From Octopus vulgaris (lineage: Eukaryota): a DNA stretch of 64,000 bases. The stretch is from positions 60,326,001 to 60,390,000 of the forward strand of contig OX597823.1 in the NCBI GenBank assembly GCA_951406725.2. Direction: 5' to 3'. Both the position numbers and the translations under genes were made by a program. A model generated the notes under the pieces. It did not search any database. It had not been told where the DNA came from and saw nothing but the letters and a program-made list of their open reading frames with translations. Positions 28,103-42,470 of the stretch are shown here, one piece after another. Position 1 is the stretch's first letter. The number at the start of each line of letters is the position of its first letter.

Positions 28103-28512
28103 AGGCACAGGTGTGGCTGTGTGGTAGGAAGCTTGCTTTCCAATTACATGGTTCTGGGTTCAGTCCTTCTGTGTGGCACCATGGGCAAGTCTCTTCTACT
28201 GTAGCCCCGGGCAGACCAAAGCCTTGTGACTGGATTTTATAGATGTAAACTGAAAGAAGCCATTCATGTATATGTGTGTGTGTGTGTGTATATATTTATG
28301 TGAACGTCTGTGTTTTTCCCCATGCCACTGCCTGACAACCTATGCTGGTTTGTTTATTTCCCTGTTACTTAACAGTTCAGGAAAAGAGACCAATTGAATA
28401 AGTACTAGATTTAAAAAGAATAGGTCCTGGGGTTGATTTCTTCAACTAAAACCCTTATAGCGATGCTCCAGCATGGCCACAGTCGAATGATTGAAACAAG
28501 TAAAGAAATAAA
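28103..28512 (+). mobile_element. SINE family A
   Basis: Full-length, diverged match. Confidence 0.85.
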
Positions 28513-28513
28513 A

Positions 28514-28605
<92 letters not shown>

Positions 28606-28907
28606 AGCACTCTGTCGGTTGCAATGACGAGGGTCCCGGCTGATACAATCAATGGAATAGCTTGCTCATGAAATTAACGTGTAAATGGCTGAGCACTCCA
28701 CAAACACGTGTAACCTTAACATAGTTCTCGGGGAGATTCAGCATGACTCAAAGTGTGACAAAGCTGGCCCTTTGAAATACAAGTACTAGTCATTTTTGCC
28801 AGCTGAGTGGACTTGAGCAATGGGAAATAAAGTGTCTTGCTCAAGGACACAATGCACTGCCAGGAATTGAACTCACAACCTTACGATCATGAGCCAAATG
28901 CCCCTAA

Positions 28908-28985
<78 letters not shown>

Positions 28986-29390
28986 CACTTATGTTCTTTG
29001 AGCCGCTGAGCAAGCTTTTTTATTTATATTAATTTAGAAATTATGCAACTATATAATATAATTATATTGTATACATTAATAGAGGCAGGTAAAATAATTT
29101 ATCATTGTACACTAAATTAAATTGTTTTTATTTGATAAAGGATATGAAATGATCATAATTATTTGAATGTCTACTGGTAAAATAAACATATTCATCTTAT
29201 ACTTCCTCTCTTTCTTTATATTTTATGTGTGGTGGTGGTGGTGTGTGTGTGTTTGTGTGTGTGTATGTGTGTTGATGTACATATTTGTATACACACACAA
29301 CAGGATTCTTCAGCTTCTGTCTTCCAATTTAACTCACAATTCATTGGTTGACCCACGTCTATTGAATAGAATACCAGCCAACAACACTCA

Positions 29391-29540
29391 GTGAAAGCGC
29401 AATGGCCCAGTGGTTAGGGCAGCGGACTCGCGGTCATAAGAACGTGGTTTCGATTCCCAGGCTGGGCAGTGTGAGTGTTTATTAAGCAAAAACACCTAAG
29501 CTCCACGAGGCTCCAGCATGAGTCCTGATTGGAAGAAGAA
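29391..29540 (+). mobile_element. Short tRNA-Arg-like SINE (octopus OR-like) with 12-bp TSD
   Basis: gcgcaatggcccagtggttagggcagcggactcgcgg head; TSD caacaacactca at 29379-29390 and 29541-29552. Confidence 0.8.
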
Positions 29541-29816
29541 CAACAACACTCATGCAAAGGAACTGAACCTCAAGCAAGCTTCCTAACCTTACAATTCATG
29601 ACTGTGACCATAATTACAATAAGTAGTTTTGACAATGATTTTATCTTCTGCTCTTAGTTTTGACGTGTGTATATTGAAGGCAGAAAATAAAATAAAATAA
29701 ATGAAATGAAGACATTGGTTATTATAATAATGGATAATTGAGGAAGCAAGCTTGCAGAATAATTAGCATGCCAGACGAAATGTTTATTGGCATTTATATC
29801 TTATATGAAAGAAGTT

Positions 29817-30800
29817 GTTGTATACAGTGGTCAGGTGCACTACAACAAAGAAAAAAGAAAAAGAAATCCATCAGGTGTACTGTTTGTGGATTTCAGGAAG
29901 AATGGAAGTTTTAAAGGATGTAGAGTCTCGACAGCTAACGATTGATATGGGTGGTTTATTCCATTCTTCTCTGAACGGGAAAAATGTTTCTGAAAGTCAT
30001 AGGTGCTGTGTTGTTTTTTTGATTTTGTGTGCATGCCCACGAGTGTTTGACATATGGAATTCAAAAAGGTAGCCAAGGTTGTTGTTGGAAAGATTGGTGG
30101 ATAATCTTGTGGGTAACTACCAAGTCAATTGCCAGACATCTGAGCTTCAATGTGTCCATGCCCAGGGAAGCAATACGTTCAGAGGATGGTAGATGCCTGA
30201 CAGCAGGTACTTGTTTTCTTGCGTGTTTCTGAACAGTTTCCAGAAGATTTAGGAGATTTATATGCTGAGCAAGATAAGGGTTCCAGATTGGTGATGTAAA
30301 TTCTAAGTGTCGAAGTTTCATTGCCAAATTCAGTTTTAAATAAATAGCTGGAGAGCAGCTGACAAAGGTCTTACTGAGTGATGCTAGAACACCCTCAGCC
30401 TTCTTGACAATCTTAGAAATGTGGTTTGTCTAATGCAGACCATTGTTTACAATGATACCCAGATCATGTTCACTAGATGACTTCTTGAGATTGGTGTTGC
30501 TGAGGGAGTATGTAAAGGCTGAGTTTTATCTCCCAAAATCATGGTGATGCACTTTTCCACTACTAGCTTGAGTTATCAGTCAGAAATCCATTGCTGTATT
30601 GTATCCAGGTCTGATTGCAGGAAAGATCTTACAGTGCATAGGATCTGTTCTTTTTATTTCGAAGTACAGCCTGATGTCATCTGCATATTTCAACACTATA
30701 ACGTTCCTCAAATTGGTATCTATGTCATTAATATATGCAACAGACAGTATGGTCCAAGAACGGCTCCCTGTGGTACACCAAAAATCATCTCGTAGGGTGA
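29817..30800 (-). mobile_element. Decayed CR1-like LINE 3' fragment (RT)
   Basis: GVPQGAVLGP, YINDI, LKYADD and HLEFTSPIWNPY...LETVQ motifs across frameshifts. Confidence 0.85.
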
Positions 30801-32725
30801 AGAATGATATCCTTCTTGCTTTATCTTCTGAGCTCAAATTCTGCCAAGGTTGATTTTGCCTTCCATACTTTTTAGATTGATAAAATGAGTATAAGTCAAG
30901 AGTTAGGGGTCAATGTAACCTGACCCTCCTCCCATACACACACAATTTCTAGGAAGAATCATACTAATAGATAATGCTATCAAACACTTACTTTAATAAA
31001 AATTAGTGGGGCCCAAATATGCCCTGGATATTGTTCAGTCCTCTGCTTAATGTTATCAAGCAATAATTTTTATCTGAGAGTGATTACAATATGTAACTGC
31101 CACTGTAATGTTGCTCATAGCAGGAAACCAGGCTTCCATTTGGTGGTGGTGGTGGTGGTGGTGGTGATGATGGTTGGCTCTGAGGATTAGAAAAGGGTAA
31201 GCTAGGTTTTTTTTTTTTTTTGTACTTGCTGAGTTTGAAGGAAGAAGCAGTATCCATGACCTTTGCAGACTCTCTGACACTAGTAAGCTTGATGCAGCAT
31301 TTAAAGTTTATATATAGTGGACTTCATTGGCCTCCTTCTACAGGAAGATGGGAATTTCGTTACTGTCTTCAGGAAGACCGCAATTCTAAGAATCTTTTCA
31401 AAGGAAAAAGAACCTGCTACCATACTTATACCAGACAACTAAATAAATGCCTGGACTGAATTTGATTTTATAGATTCTGAACTGTAATTTTTTAAATATT
31501 TTTTCTTTATGTTTGCTTGTTTGTTTCCAATATATTTATATATATTTTTTTACATCTTTCTTTAATCTATACATTTAATTGTTTCTTTGTCTATCAAAAT
31601 ATAAAGATATTGCAAGTGAGAAATGTTAGATATGTCAGTCAGCCAAATTTTTTTCTTTTATGCTTGTATATTATTAAAAGTGAAACATGCTTAAACAAAT
31701 AGCTTGTTTTATTCTATTTTTATTTTATATTATATTCTGCTTGTTTATTCATGTTCTCATTTAACTTATAGAAATAAATTCTTCAAAGAACTTTAGCTGA
31801 TTGAAAAAAAAATATTACCAAAGAAAATTAAAACCTTTCAAATATAATTATTTCCATTAATCATTTTACGATAAAGAATATCAAATCACCAGCTAAATGT
31901 GTTTACATGCAAATGTGTGAATATATGTGTGGGTCTCTATATGGCTTTATGTAATTGAATATATGTCTATATATGTGTACATGTGCATATGAGTATGTGT
32001 GCATGTATGTGTGCATATATGTATGTGTGCAAATACGTATGTGTGCATGAGTGAAGGAGTTGTTGTTGTGGTTATTTAGCTCCAGGTCAGCTCTAACTGA
32101 GCAGACCTGACATCAAAGACATACAAGCTATTGAAAGTCCTACGTCTTTTTTAGAGTATGTAAAACTAAATTATCAAATGCATCAGTTACCTTATTTAAG
32201 ACAATGGAATGTTATTCAAGGAAGATTTGGCTGATGTTTCAACAATCTCAAGTAACCACTGTTATGTCGCATCTACTCAACTCTGCTCGACTCCGACTGC
32301 TACTCAACTCTACTTTGCTCCAACTGCTACTCTACTCAGCTGTGCTCCTCTCGATGTCTAGGCTTCTCCCTCAATATCTAAGTATTGGGCTAGCCTACTT
32401 CATCGTCTGGGGGTGTCCACATAGCAAGTAATCATACAGAAGTCCTCCGCTTTGCTGACTTGTCAGGCAGTAGTAGTGGTGGTGGTGGTGGTAGTGGTGG
32501 TGGTGTCATAGGGTTAATGTTCAGTCAATGCAATGTTTCTCATAGGAAAAAGCCACGCTTTCATTTGGTGGTGGGCATGACACTAAGGATTGGAAAAGTA
32601 TAAGTTTTATTTGTTTTGTTTTGTTTTTGTACTTGCTGAGTTTGGCAGAGGAATCAATGTCCATGACCTTTGCAGATACTCTGACACTAGTAAGCTTGAT
32701 GCTTTTAATGTTCCATTTTAAACAT

Positions 32726-32889
32726 AGGCGCAGGATTGGCTGTGTGGTAAGTAGCTTGCTTACCAACCACATGGTTCCGGGTTCATTTCCACTGGGTGGC
32801 ACCTTGGGCAAGTGTCTTCTGCTATAGCCTCGGGCCGACCAAAGCCTTGTGAGTGAATTTGGTAGACGGAAACTGAAAGAAGCCCGTCG

Positions 32890-32936
<47 letters not shown>

Positions 32937-33181
32937 GCGTGTGTGTGTGTGCATGTGTGTGTGTGTGTGTGTGTATGTTTGTGTGTCTGTGTCTGTTCCC
33001 TCCAACATCGCTTGACAACCGATACTGGTGTGTTTACTTCCCCGTAACATTAGCGGTTCAGCAAAAGAGACCGATAAAATAAGTACTAGGCTTACAAAGA
33101 ATAAGTCCTGGGGTCGATGTGCTTGACTAAAGGTGGTGCTCCAGCATGGCCACAGTCAAATGACTGAAACAAGTAAATAAA
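32726..33181 (+). mobile_element. SINE family A
   Basis: Full-length match. Confidence 0.9.
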
Positions 33182-34713
33182 GAGCTTGTACGTTGGAGCA
33201 ATAAGGATCATTAAGTCATCTAAGGATGACTGATGACTTGCGTGGAGACTTCGTTTCAAATGAAGAAGAGTTACACACTATCAGCTTCATTCTCTCATCT
33301 GTGTCCATCTTCAATCCAGTGGTGAGACCAGGTCAAGATGACTGGGGATGGAGACAGATCCAGTGAATGGCCAAAATGTCTTACTTGCTCATCTTGCTCT
33401 CTGCACTCCACAGCACTGTGCTGCAACTGCCCTCCTCTCTATTGAACCATGAAGGTTTCTTCCACACAGTTCACAGGATCTAGTATTCACATACATACAC
33501 AGGCTAGCCCTAATATGCTAATCAATTCAAGGCGGCCAGCTGGCAGAAACGTTAGCACGCCAGGCAAAATGCTTAGCAGTATTTCGTCTGCCATTACATT
33601 CTGAGTTCAAATTCCGCCGAGGTTGACTTTGCCTTTCATCTTTTCGGGGTTAATTAAATAAGTACCAGTTATGTAGTGGGGTCGATATAATTGACTTAAT
33701 CCGTTTGTCTGTCCTTGATTGTCCTCTCTGTGTTTAGCCCGTTGTGAGTGGTAAAGAAATAACTATTTTGTCTGTCTTTACATTCTGAGTTCAAATTCCA
33801 CCACAGTCAGTTACATCAATTCCAATACTCGACTGGTATTTATTTGGTGGGATTCTAGTTCAAGCACCCCATATAACCCCCTCATAATTTTTTTATTTTT
33901 TAGAATTTTCTGAATATTCTTGTGAATTTGTTATTCTACACAGGAAAATTCATAGATTTTTGTGGTGTGATTTAAGGGTGATTTTATTGTTATTTTATGC
34001 ACACCCCATGACCACCAGGTATCTTCCATGTCTCTTTGTCACTTTGACATGTACTGATGTTTGTCAATATTTTTCTCCCTATGTACTTCGTCTGTCTATA
34101 CATTCTGAGTTCAAATTCCGCCAAGGTCGACTTTGCCTTTCATCCTTTCGGGGTTGATAAATTAAGTACCAGTTGTTTACTGGAGTCAAGTTAATCGACT
34201 GGCCCCTTCCCCCAAAATTTCATGCCTTGTGCCTAGAGTAGAAAAGAACATGCTAATTAATTTATAGCTAGGGCCCTGACTGGTGCCACTACTCCAGGTC
34301 AGATTAAACCTAGGAACAACAGTGGGTATGTTTATGTATGTACATGTTTGCATGTGCATGTGTGTGTTTGTGTATGTGTATATTTGTATGTTCATGTGTG
34401 TGTGCGTGTGTATGTGTGTACGTGTGTGTTTGTGCATGTGTGTGTATACATTGTGCATGTGGTGATTCCAAACTACTCAAAACCCTGGAATTCTTGAATC
34501 AGGGCCCTACTACCAGATGTAGTTTACAGTCATAACCTGGATGAAGAAAAGCTTTCTCTGATCTGCACCCCCCCCCCCAGTGTTTAGTCATTGTTAAACA
34601 TTGAGAATGTTCCTTTGCTGCCATCTGAAATATTTGTCAATCTGTAAAGAAAAGGGGTTCATTTCCTGGCAAGGGAACTTGTTATTTGAGGCGGCAATTT
34701 GGCTGAATCATTA

Positions 34714-35043
34714 GGAAGCACTCCGTCGGTTACGACGATGAGGGTTCCGGTTGATCCGAATCAACGGAACAGCCTGCTCATGAAATTAACGTGTAAGTGG
34801 CTGAGCACTCCACAGACACGTGTACCCTTAATGTAGTTCTTAATGTAGGAAGCTTGCTTGAGGTTCAGTTCCTTTGCATGAGTGTTGTTTTTTTCTTCTT
34901 CCAGTCAGGACTCACGCTGGAGCCTCGTGGAGCTTAGGTGTTTTCGCTCAATAAACACTCACAACGCCCGGTCTGGGAATCGAAACCGTGATCCTATGAC
35001 CGCGAGTCTGCTGCCCTAACCACTGGGCCATTGCGCCTCCACA
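34714..35043 (-). mobile_element. tRNA-Arg-like SINE with chimeric middle and 12-bp TSD
   Basis: Same head as 29391, family C-like tail; TSD gctgaatcatta at 34702-34713 and 35044-35055. Confidence 0.8.
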
Positions 35044-35366
35044 GCTGAATCATTAACACACATGGTAAAATGCTTAGCAACATTTTATGTCTTCGTATTC
35101 TGAGTTCAAATTCTGCTGAGGTCGACTTTGCCTTTTATCCTTTCAGGGTCAATAAGATAGGTACAAGTTGAGTGACTGGGGTCAATGTAATCAACTTACC
35201 TCCATTTCCAAACTTGCTGGCCTTGTGCCAGAATTTGAAAGCAATATGCAGAGGACAGGTAATAGTCTTCTGACACTGGGACTTGTTATTTAAGGTGGCA
35301 AACTGGCAAAATCGTTAGCATGCTGGACAAAGTAATTTATGGCATTTTCTTCAGTTTTACATTCTG

Positions 35367-35766
35367 AGGTGACAGTGATGATGGTGGTGGTAGTGGCAGC
35401 AATGGTGATAGTGGTGGTGGAGGTGGTGGTGGTGGTGGTGTGGCGGTAATGGTGGTGGTGCTGGTGGTGCTGGTAGTGGCAGTGATGGTGGTGGTGATAG
35501 TGGCAGCGATGGTGATAGTGGTGGTGGTGGCGGCAGTAACAGCGGTGGTGCTGGTGGCAGCGGTAACAGTGGTGGTGCTGATGGTGCTGGTGGTGACAGT
35601 AGTGGTGGTGGTGGTGGTGGCAGTGATGGTGGTGGTGATACTACTACTATGAAGATGGTGGTGATAATGGTGGTGATGATAGTTGTGGTGATGTAGCAGT
35701 GGTTGTGCTGGTGGTGGTTGTGCTGGTGGTGGTGGTGGTGGTAGTGGTGGTGCTGGTGCTGGTGAT
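35367..35766. repeat. Degenerate (GGT)n low-complexity tract
   Basis: Read directly. Confidence 0.9.
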
Positions 35767-36086
35767 AATTCTGTTGACAATGATATTTTAAGCTAATAGT
35801 TTACATTAATCATAATGACTTGAAATGTTCATATTGACAACAATTACAATTCTCAAAAGTGACAATTTATTTCCTCTTTCACTTGTTATTTTTGAAATGC
35901 AACCTTCAATATTTAATGATTATAAACAATCACTGCAGGCTGTTATTAAAATACAATACCTATTGCTCGTGACGGTTGCTATTGTGATTCGTATCATCAT
36001 CATCATTATCATCAACAACAACAACTACAAGAACAACATTATTATTATCATTATTATTATTATTCTTATTACTATTATTATTAATA

Positions 36087-36147
<61 letters not shown>

Positions 36148-36206
36148 CATCATCATCATCATCATCATTATTATTATTCTTACTATTATTATTATTATCA
36201 TCACCA

Positions 36207-36251
<45 letters not shown>

Positions 36252-36519
36252 GACAAGACAAAGAGCCCGATGCAATTGCAATAGATATTTTATTGGTTGA
36301 ACAATATTTCAACACTCCGTGTGTCTTTTACAAGTTCAAAATATAAAATGAAATTAAATTCAAAGATAGGAAATGCTGAAACATTCAAAATTAAACCAGA
36401 ACAACTGTATTTCTTTCCAAGTAAAATGATGTTATCAGTCTTTGGTCTTTCACAAAAGGTAGCAGAAGGAAGGAAAGACAGAAAAAAGAACAAAAAGAAA
36501 GAAAAGAATTTGAGAATAA

Positions 36520-38940
36520 ATCATTCAGTCAAAAAGTTTAGTATAAATATGGTGGAATTCACCTGCCATTTTATTAATTCCTCCTGGCTGAGATGTCAAC
36601 AGCTCACATATATATCTATCCTCATGGGTTTTGAGGACTGAACGTGCAGTGAGGGTGTTTTTTGAGAATGTGCACTTTCAGGTCCTCCTCAAATTTACAC
36701 CCATTTGATGTGAAATGTTCTGCAAGTTCTGTGGAACCACTGTTATTGTATCTAACGTCATACTGTGCCCATTAAATCATTTTTGCGATCGTTCTGTTGT
36801 GCACCCAGCATAATTCATTTTGCGGTTGGTGCATTTCACTGCATACACAAAATGGGAATCTTTACAGGTCCCTCCTTATGTGTAAATCATAACATTTCTG
36901 TTATAATTCTTGATGAATTGGTCTGACTCATGTTATTGCACAATGAACAGGGATTACCTCTCTTATGGATGTTCTGAGGAGTGCGGCATTCGTTTTATTA
37001 GAGGTACTGTCAATATTTCTCTAGTATTTCTATTTATGCCTAAAGGATACAATAGGTGGAAGAGGAAATATTTGTCAGAAATGAGGATACTTTTCTGAAT
37101 TATGTTGGCAACTGTCATGCAATACTTTTGGAATGCCTGCGAAACTTCGGTGCCAGTTGATCATTAAAGGAATTCAGCCATAAGCACTTTTCTGACTGCT
37201 AAAATTAGGTGTGAAAATTTGATTATCACAATTAATTTCAGCTGACATTTGTGATTTCCTTTAATCTTGATTCACTATAACGGTCCTTTACATAATGGCA
37301 CACAAAAGTATTTGCATGTTTCCAATAATCCCCAATGTCTGTGCAAATACATCGTATCCTCAAAAACTGGGACTTCGGATTTGATCTGATTATATGATGT
37401 GGATGATCAGAGCGGCGGTGGATAAATATGGGATGACGTAGGTTTGCAAAATAATTCTGTGACTTGGGCTTTCCAAAAATTTAACTCTTGTGTCCAAAAT
37501 TTCGATGCTAGTTTTTGAAAAGCTCGACATGAATTTTATTTTAGACTTAAAGCCATTGTCTTCTGTGAAGCAGTCACAGAAATATAAAAATTTGACTAAA
37601 CTATCCTGTGTTCCTTCCCAGACAAAAAAGACGTCATCAATGAACCATAACCAGAGTATAGGTTCATGACCATGCAAGGATTTGAATATCTTCATTAATT
37701 GTGTTTCAAAGTTAATCATGAAGACATTTGTGAAATTGACTGCCATAGGGGTATCTATGTTGCATCCCTTCATCTGATGGAAAAATTTTCCTCCAAACTT
37801 CATTGTGTTACTTTGTAACGCAAATTTTAATGATTTACAGAGAAACTTTGAGGGAATTCTTTTCTCTGACCGTTTTTCAAAGGCTTTCATGCATGCTTTC
37901 CCCCACACACACACCTCATCATGGTCGATGTTGTGGTATAAGGAAGAAACGTCCACTGTTACCAAAAATCAATCTTTAATATTACTTTGGTGTATAGAAA
38001 ATTTGTTCAATTTGGAAACAAAATCAGAAGTATCTCAAGTGCAGGAACTTGATCTTTTAGCTACTTGGAGCAGAAAACCATCCTGCCATTTCGAAATTTT
38101 AACAGTGCAACATTCATACCCACTGCAAATCAGGCACAATGGAGGAAATTCTTCGAAGTTTTTATGTATTTTTGGAAGACCGTAAAATACAGGGGTTCTT
38201 TTTTCTGAACGTAATAGCTTAGATTCTGTGTCATTTATGAAATTCATTTCTTCCATTTCCAAAATCGTTTTATCAAGTTCCTCTCTGTAATTGTGGTTTG
38301 GATCTACAAGTAATTCTTCATAAGTTTTGTCACTTAAAACTTCTTCACAAGCTGAAATTTGCTTGTCCTTGTCCATAATTACAATATTGCCTCCTTTATC
38401 CACCATTTTAATAACAATAGAATCATTGTTTGCTAGATGACGGAATGCGCTACACTGGAAATCCGTAAGGTTATTCCAGCTCATTTTCTTACAGGTTTTA
38501 AGGCTTTCCTTAATTTCTGTCTGACAAGATTTGAGAAATTCCAACAGTGCTTGTGACTGTCTCTTCCGAACTTTATCCGGATACCAATTTGGATTCTATA
38601 AGATCCAATTATACCAGATCTGATCATCATCATCATTTCTTTCAGTAGACATGAGGTTTTCTGACATTCTTTCAAAAAATATTCTTGGATATTGTGACGA
38701 TGGACAAACTGATATATCCCTTGTGTGAATTTATTTTTGTCGAAATTCTTAATGCTTGGGCAGAAACTAAGTCCAAGTTCTAAGACAGTGATATTGTCTG
38801 GCAAAAGTTTTAACTTTGATAAATTTATTACCTTCTTATTTTCTCACGTGGTTGATTTTCTTGGTCTAGTGTTTTCCCCAGCATTACTTGCATCAGACTT
38901 TTTACTCTCCTTTTTGGAGCTTTGATGAAAATCCTCGCTT
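36520..38940 (-). mobile_element. Degenerate Penelope-like element (RT plus C-terminal GIY-YIG endonuclease)
   Basis: Frameshifted ORFs carry PLE motifs LGLSFCP, IKxxDKG, FYGLPKIHK, DVSSLY, FIDDVF. At ~36870-36560 the minus strand reads CKDSHFVYAVKCTNRKMNYAGCT...ELAEHF...EDRYICELLTSQPGGIN (GIY-YIG). Confidence 0.9.
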
Positions 38941-39069
38941 AAAACATAGAATCTTGACACACATTCTGCATTTGTTGCTATTGTTAGTGTTGTCTATTCT
39001 ACACTTCATCATCATCATCATCATTACTATTATTATTATTATTATTAAAATTATTATTATTATTATTAT

Positions 39070-39102
<33 letters not shown>

Positions 39103-39207
39103 TATTATTATTATTATCATCATCATCATTACTATTATTATTACCTTTGCACAGCTTCTGATGCTGGAGATGTACTACAGTGTCAGCTTATTATTATTAT
39201 TATTATT

Positions 39208-39378
39208 AGGAGTGGCTGTGTGGTAAGTAGCTTGTTTACGAACCACATGGTTCCAGGTTCAGTTTCACTGCGTAGTAGCTTGGGCAAGTGTCTTCTACTA
39301 CAGCTTCAGGCCAAACAAAGCCTTGTGAGTGAATTTAGTAGATGGAAACTGAAAGAAGCCCGTCATATATATGTATAC

Positions 39379-39410
<32 letters not shown>

Positions 39411-39611
39411 GTTTGTGTATCTGCATTTGTCCCCCCAACATCGCTTGACAACCGATGCTGGTGTGTTTACCTTCCCGTAACTTAGTGGTTCATCAAAAGA
39501 GACCGATAAAATAAGTACTAGGCTTACAAAGAATAAGTCTTGGGATCAATTCGCTCAACTAAAGGTGGTGCTCCAGCATGGCCACAGTCAAATGCCTGAA
39601 ACAAGTAAAGA
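39208..39611 (+). mobile_element. SINE family A
   Basis: Full-length match. Confidence 0.9.
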
Positions 39612-39634
39612 GAGCGAGAGAATTATTATTATTA

Positions 39635-39689
<55 letters not shown>

Positions 39690-40327
39690 CATTATCCTCA
39701 TCATCATTATTAGGGCAGCAAGCTGGCAGAATCATTAGCATGCCAAGCAAAATGCTTAGCGGTATTTCGTCAGCCATTACATCCTGAGTTCAAATTCGAC
39801 CAAGGTCGACTTTGCCTTTCATTCTTTTGGGGTCGATAAATTAAGTACCAGTAAAACATTGGGGGTCACCCCACAAATTTCCAGCCTTGTGCCTTTAGTA
39901 GAAAGGATTATTATTATTATTGTTGTTGTTGTTGTTGTTGTTGTTATCATCATCATCATTATTATTTAAAAGTTTATACTTTTAAAAGCAAAATACAAGA
40001 CCTGGCTGGTATATAACGAACACATATGCACCACCACCCCTTCATTCCCTCCCTCTGACTAGTTAATTTGTTTGCCGTATTTAATTAGATGAAAAATAAA
40101 AGAACAAAAACAAGAACAAAAATAATCAAAATTAAATTAAATTAAATTAAAATAAATAATATAATAAAGAAAAGCAAAATACAGCGATAAAACAAACAAG
40201 CATTATATACCATGTTTGAGTTTCCTCTCACTTTTTTGTTTTATCTTTATTTATTTATTTAATTATATTTTGTTGGGGTTTTTTTTACCTTTTTTGTGTT
40301 TTTTATTTTTACTTAATTTAGTTGCAG

Positions 40328-40365
40328 ATGATAAATTAATCAACACTATAACATCTCTGGTGTGA
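40328..40365 (+). CDS. Candidate terminal exon (phase 1, xDKLINTITSLV*) of an unidentified gene
   Basis: T-rich tract, cttaat branch-like site and ttgcag acceptor in unique sequence; ends in a class I PDZ-binding-like S-L-V. Confidence 0.35.
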
Positions 40366-40566
40366 TAGGAGAAGCATGGCTTGTGAACACATACGCAGCA
40401 TGAGAGCAGACTGATATATTTTATATTTTTTTTATGTTTGTATTTTTAAAATTTTTATTCTAATCCACTATCATCATCGTCATCATTACCACCATCATCA
40501 TCATCCTCATCATAATCATCATCATTATCGTCATCATCATTATTAATATTATTGGTCTTCTTATTA

Positions 40567-40618
<52 letters not shown>

Positions 40619-40619
40619 T

Positions 40620-40660
<41 letters not shown>

Positions 40661-40773
40661 TAGTATTATTATTATTTTTATTATTATTATTTTTATTATT
40701 ATTATTATTATTATTATTAATATTATTATTATTATCATCATTATTGTTTTGATTATTGTTGCTGTTCCTGTCG

Positions 40774-40823
<50 letters not shown>

Positions 40824-40968
40824 TTCTGTTTCCTTTTACTGTTTTCATTTGTTTTTCTTTTTTCTTTTCTTTTTTTTTTTGACAAGGGGTTGTCTTCGTG
40901 TAATGCAAATGCCTGGTGTTTTAACATCGACAATGAACAACTCAGCAGTGGATAGAAGAATGAAAGAC

Positions 40969-41003
<35 letters not shown>

Positions 41004-41652
41004 AAGGAACAGAAAAGCATGACGGCAAGCATGAGCAAGAGAAAATGAGCAATAGAAAAAGAGAGAGAGAGAGAGAGAAAGAGAGAGGAATATATACTTT
41101 GATCACTTGTAACTCTTTACTGTTATTTTCATTGCTTGAGAGCACAAATGGCTTTTATGTCAATCAAATTAGCAATTCTCTTAGAACCTGATGCCAAAAA
41201 CAAATGACGGGAGAGAAAAATGTACACCAAAACATAGAGCAATAACAACAACAATAATAATAATAATAATGATAATACTAATAATAATAGCAATAATAAT
41301 CATGGTAATAATAAATGAATGCATATATATATATATATATATATATAATCATTATTGAATGCTCATATTATTTATGAATTGCCTTGCTTACTTGAAAAGT
41401 TATAAACATAATTTTCTTCTTTTTCCATTTCTGATTTTTCTTTTCCTTTGTTTTGTTATGTTTTATCTTCTATTTTTCCTTTTTTTTTTCACTGGGGAGA
41501 TGAGGTTGTTTCTCTATATATTGTTTTTGTTGCGTTTTTATTTTTCATTTTATTTTATTCTTTTTGTTTGTTTGTTTGGTTGTTTGCTTGTTTACTTTCA
41601 AGCTTTAAATCAAAAATTAAGAATTCTTTCACACTTTATATTATTATTATTA

Positions 41653-41719
<67 letters not shown>

Positions 41720-41751
41720 CAGTATTATTATTATTATCATTATTATTATTA

Positions 41752-41799
<48 letters not shown>

Positions 41800-42026
41800 T
41801 ACTCACTTTTATTTATACGCTTCTTTTTTGTATTTGCACTATTTATTTATTATTCTTTAACTTGTGTGTGTATGTGTATGTGTGTGCACCAGATTATTAC
41901 ATATTCAAAACAGTGATATATATGTATATTCACACACACACACACACATATATATATATACATACATGTGTGTGTGTGTGTGTGTGTGTGTGCATCTGTG
42001 TGTTTGTTTATAAATATATATTTATA

Positions 42027-42103
<77 letters not shown>

Positions 42104-42289
42104 TTGAATGATATTTAATATAAATTAAACATTATGCATATACAATTACATTCAGCAATATATACATATATATGTTTAATATATATGTATGGCTATCATT
42201 GACAAACAATATATGCATAAAGAAATGTGTATAAGTATAAATCTGTTCATATATATATATACGCATAAATATGTCTCTATATGTATGCA

Positions 42290-42361
<72 letters not shown>

Positions 42362-42421
42362 TGTGTGTGTCTGTGTATATATATATATATGAAAATAAAG
42401 ATTTTATGCACATATATATAC

Positions 42422-42470
<49 letters not shown>

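Noticed and set aside
29391-29465. tRNA-Arg-like sequence
   Set aside because: It is a SINE head with body and TSD, not a tRNA gene.
35337-35780. Pro/Thr/His-rich 147-aa ORF
   Set aside because: Degenerate (GGT)n tract fused to a truncated SINE, with no splice or start context.
36770-36790. In-frame TGA in the GIY-YIG region as possible selenocysteine (as in Naiad PLEs)
   Set aside because: It falls at the conserved Arg (RF..H), consistent with CGA>TGA decay; the element is frameshifted and has a C-terminal endonuclease.
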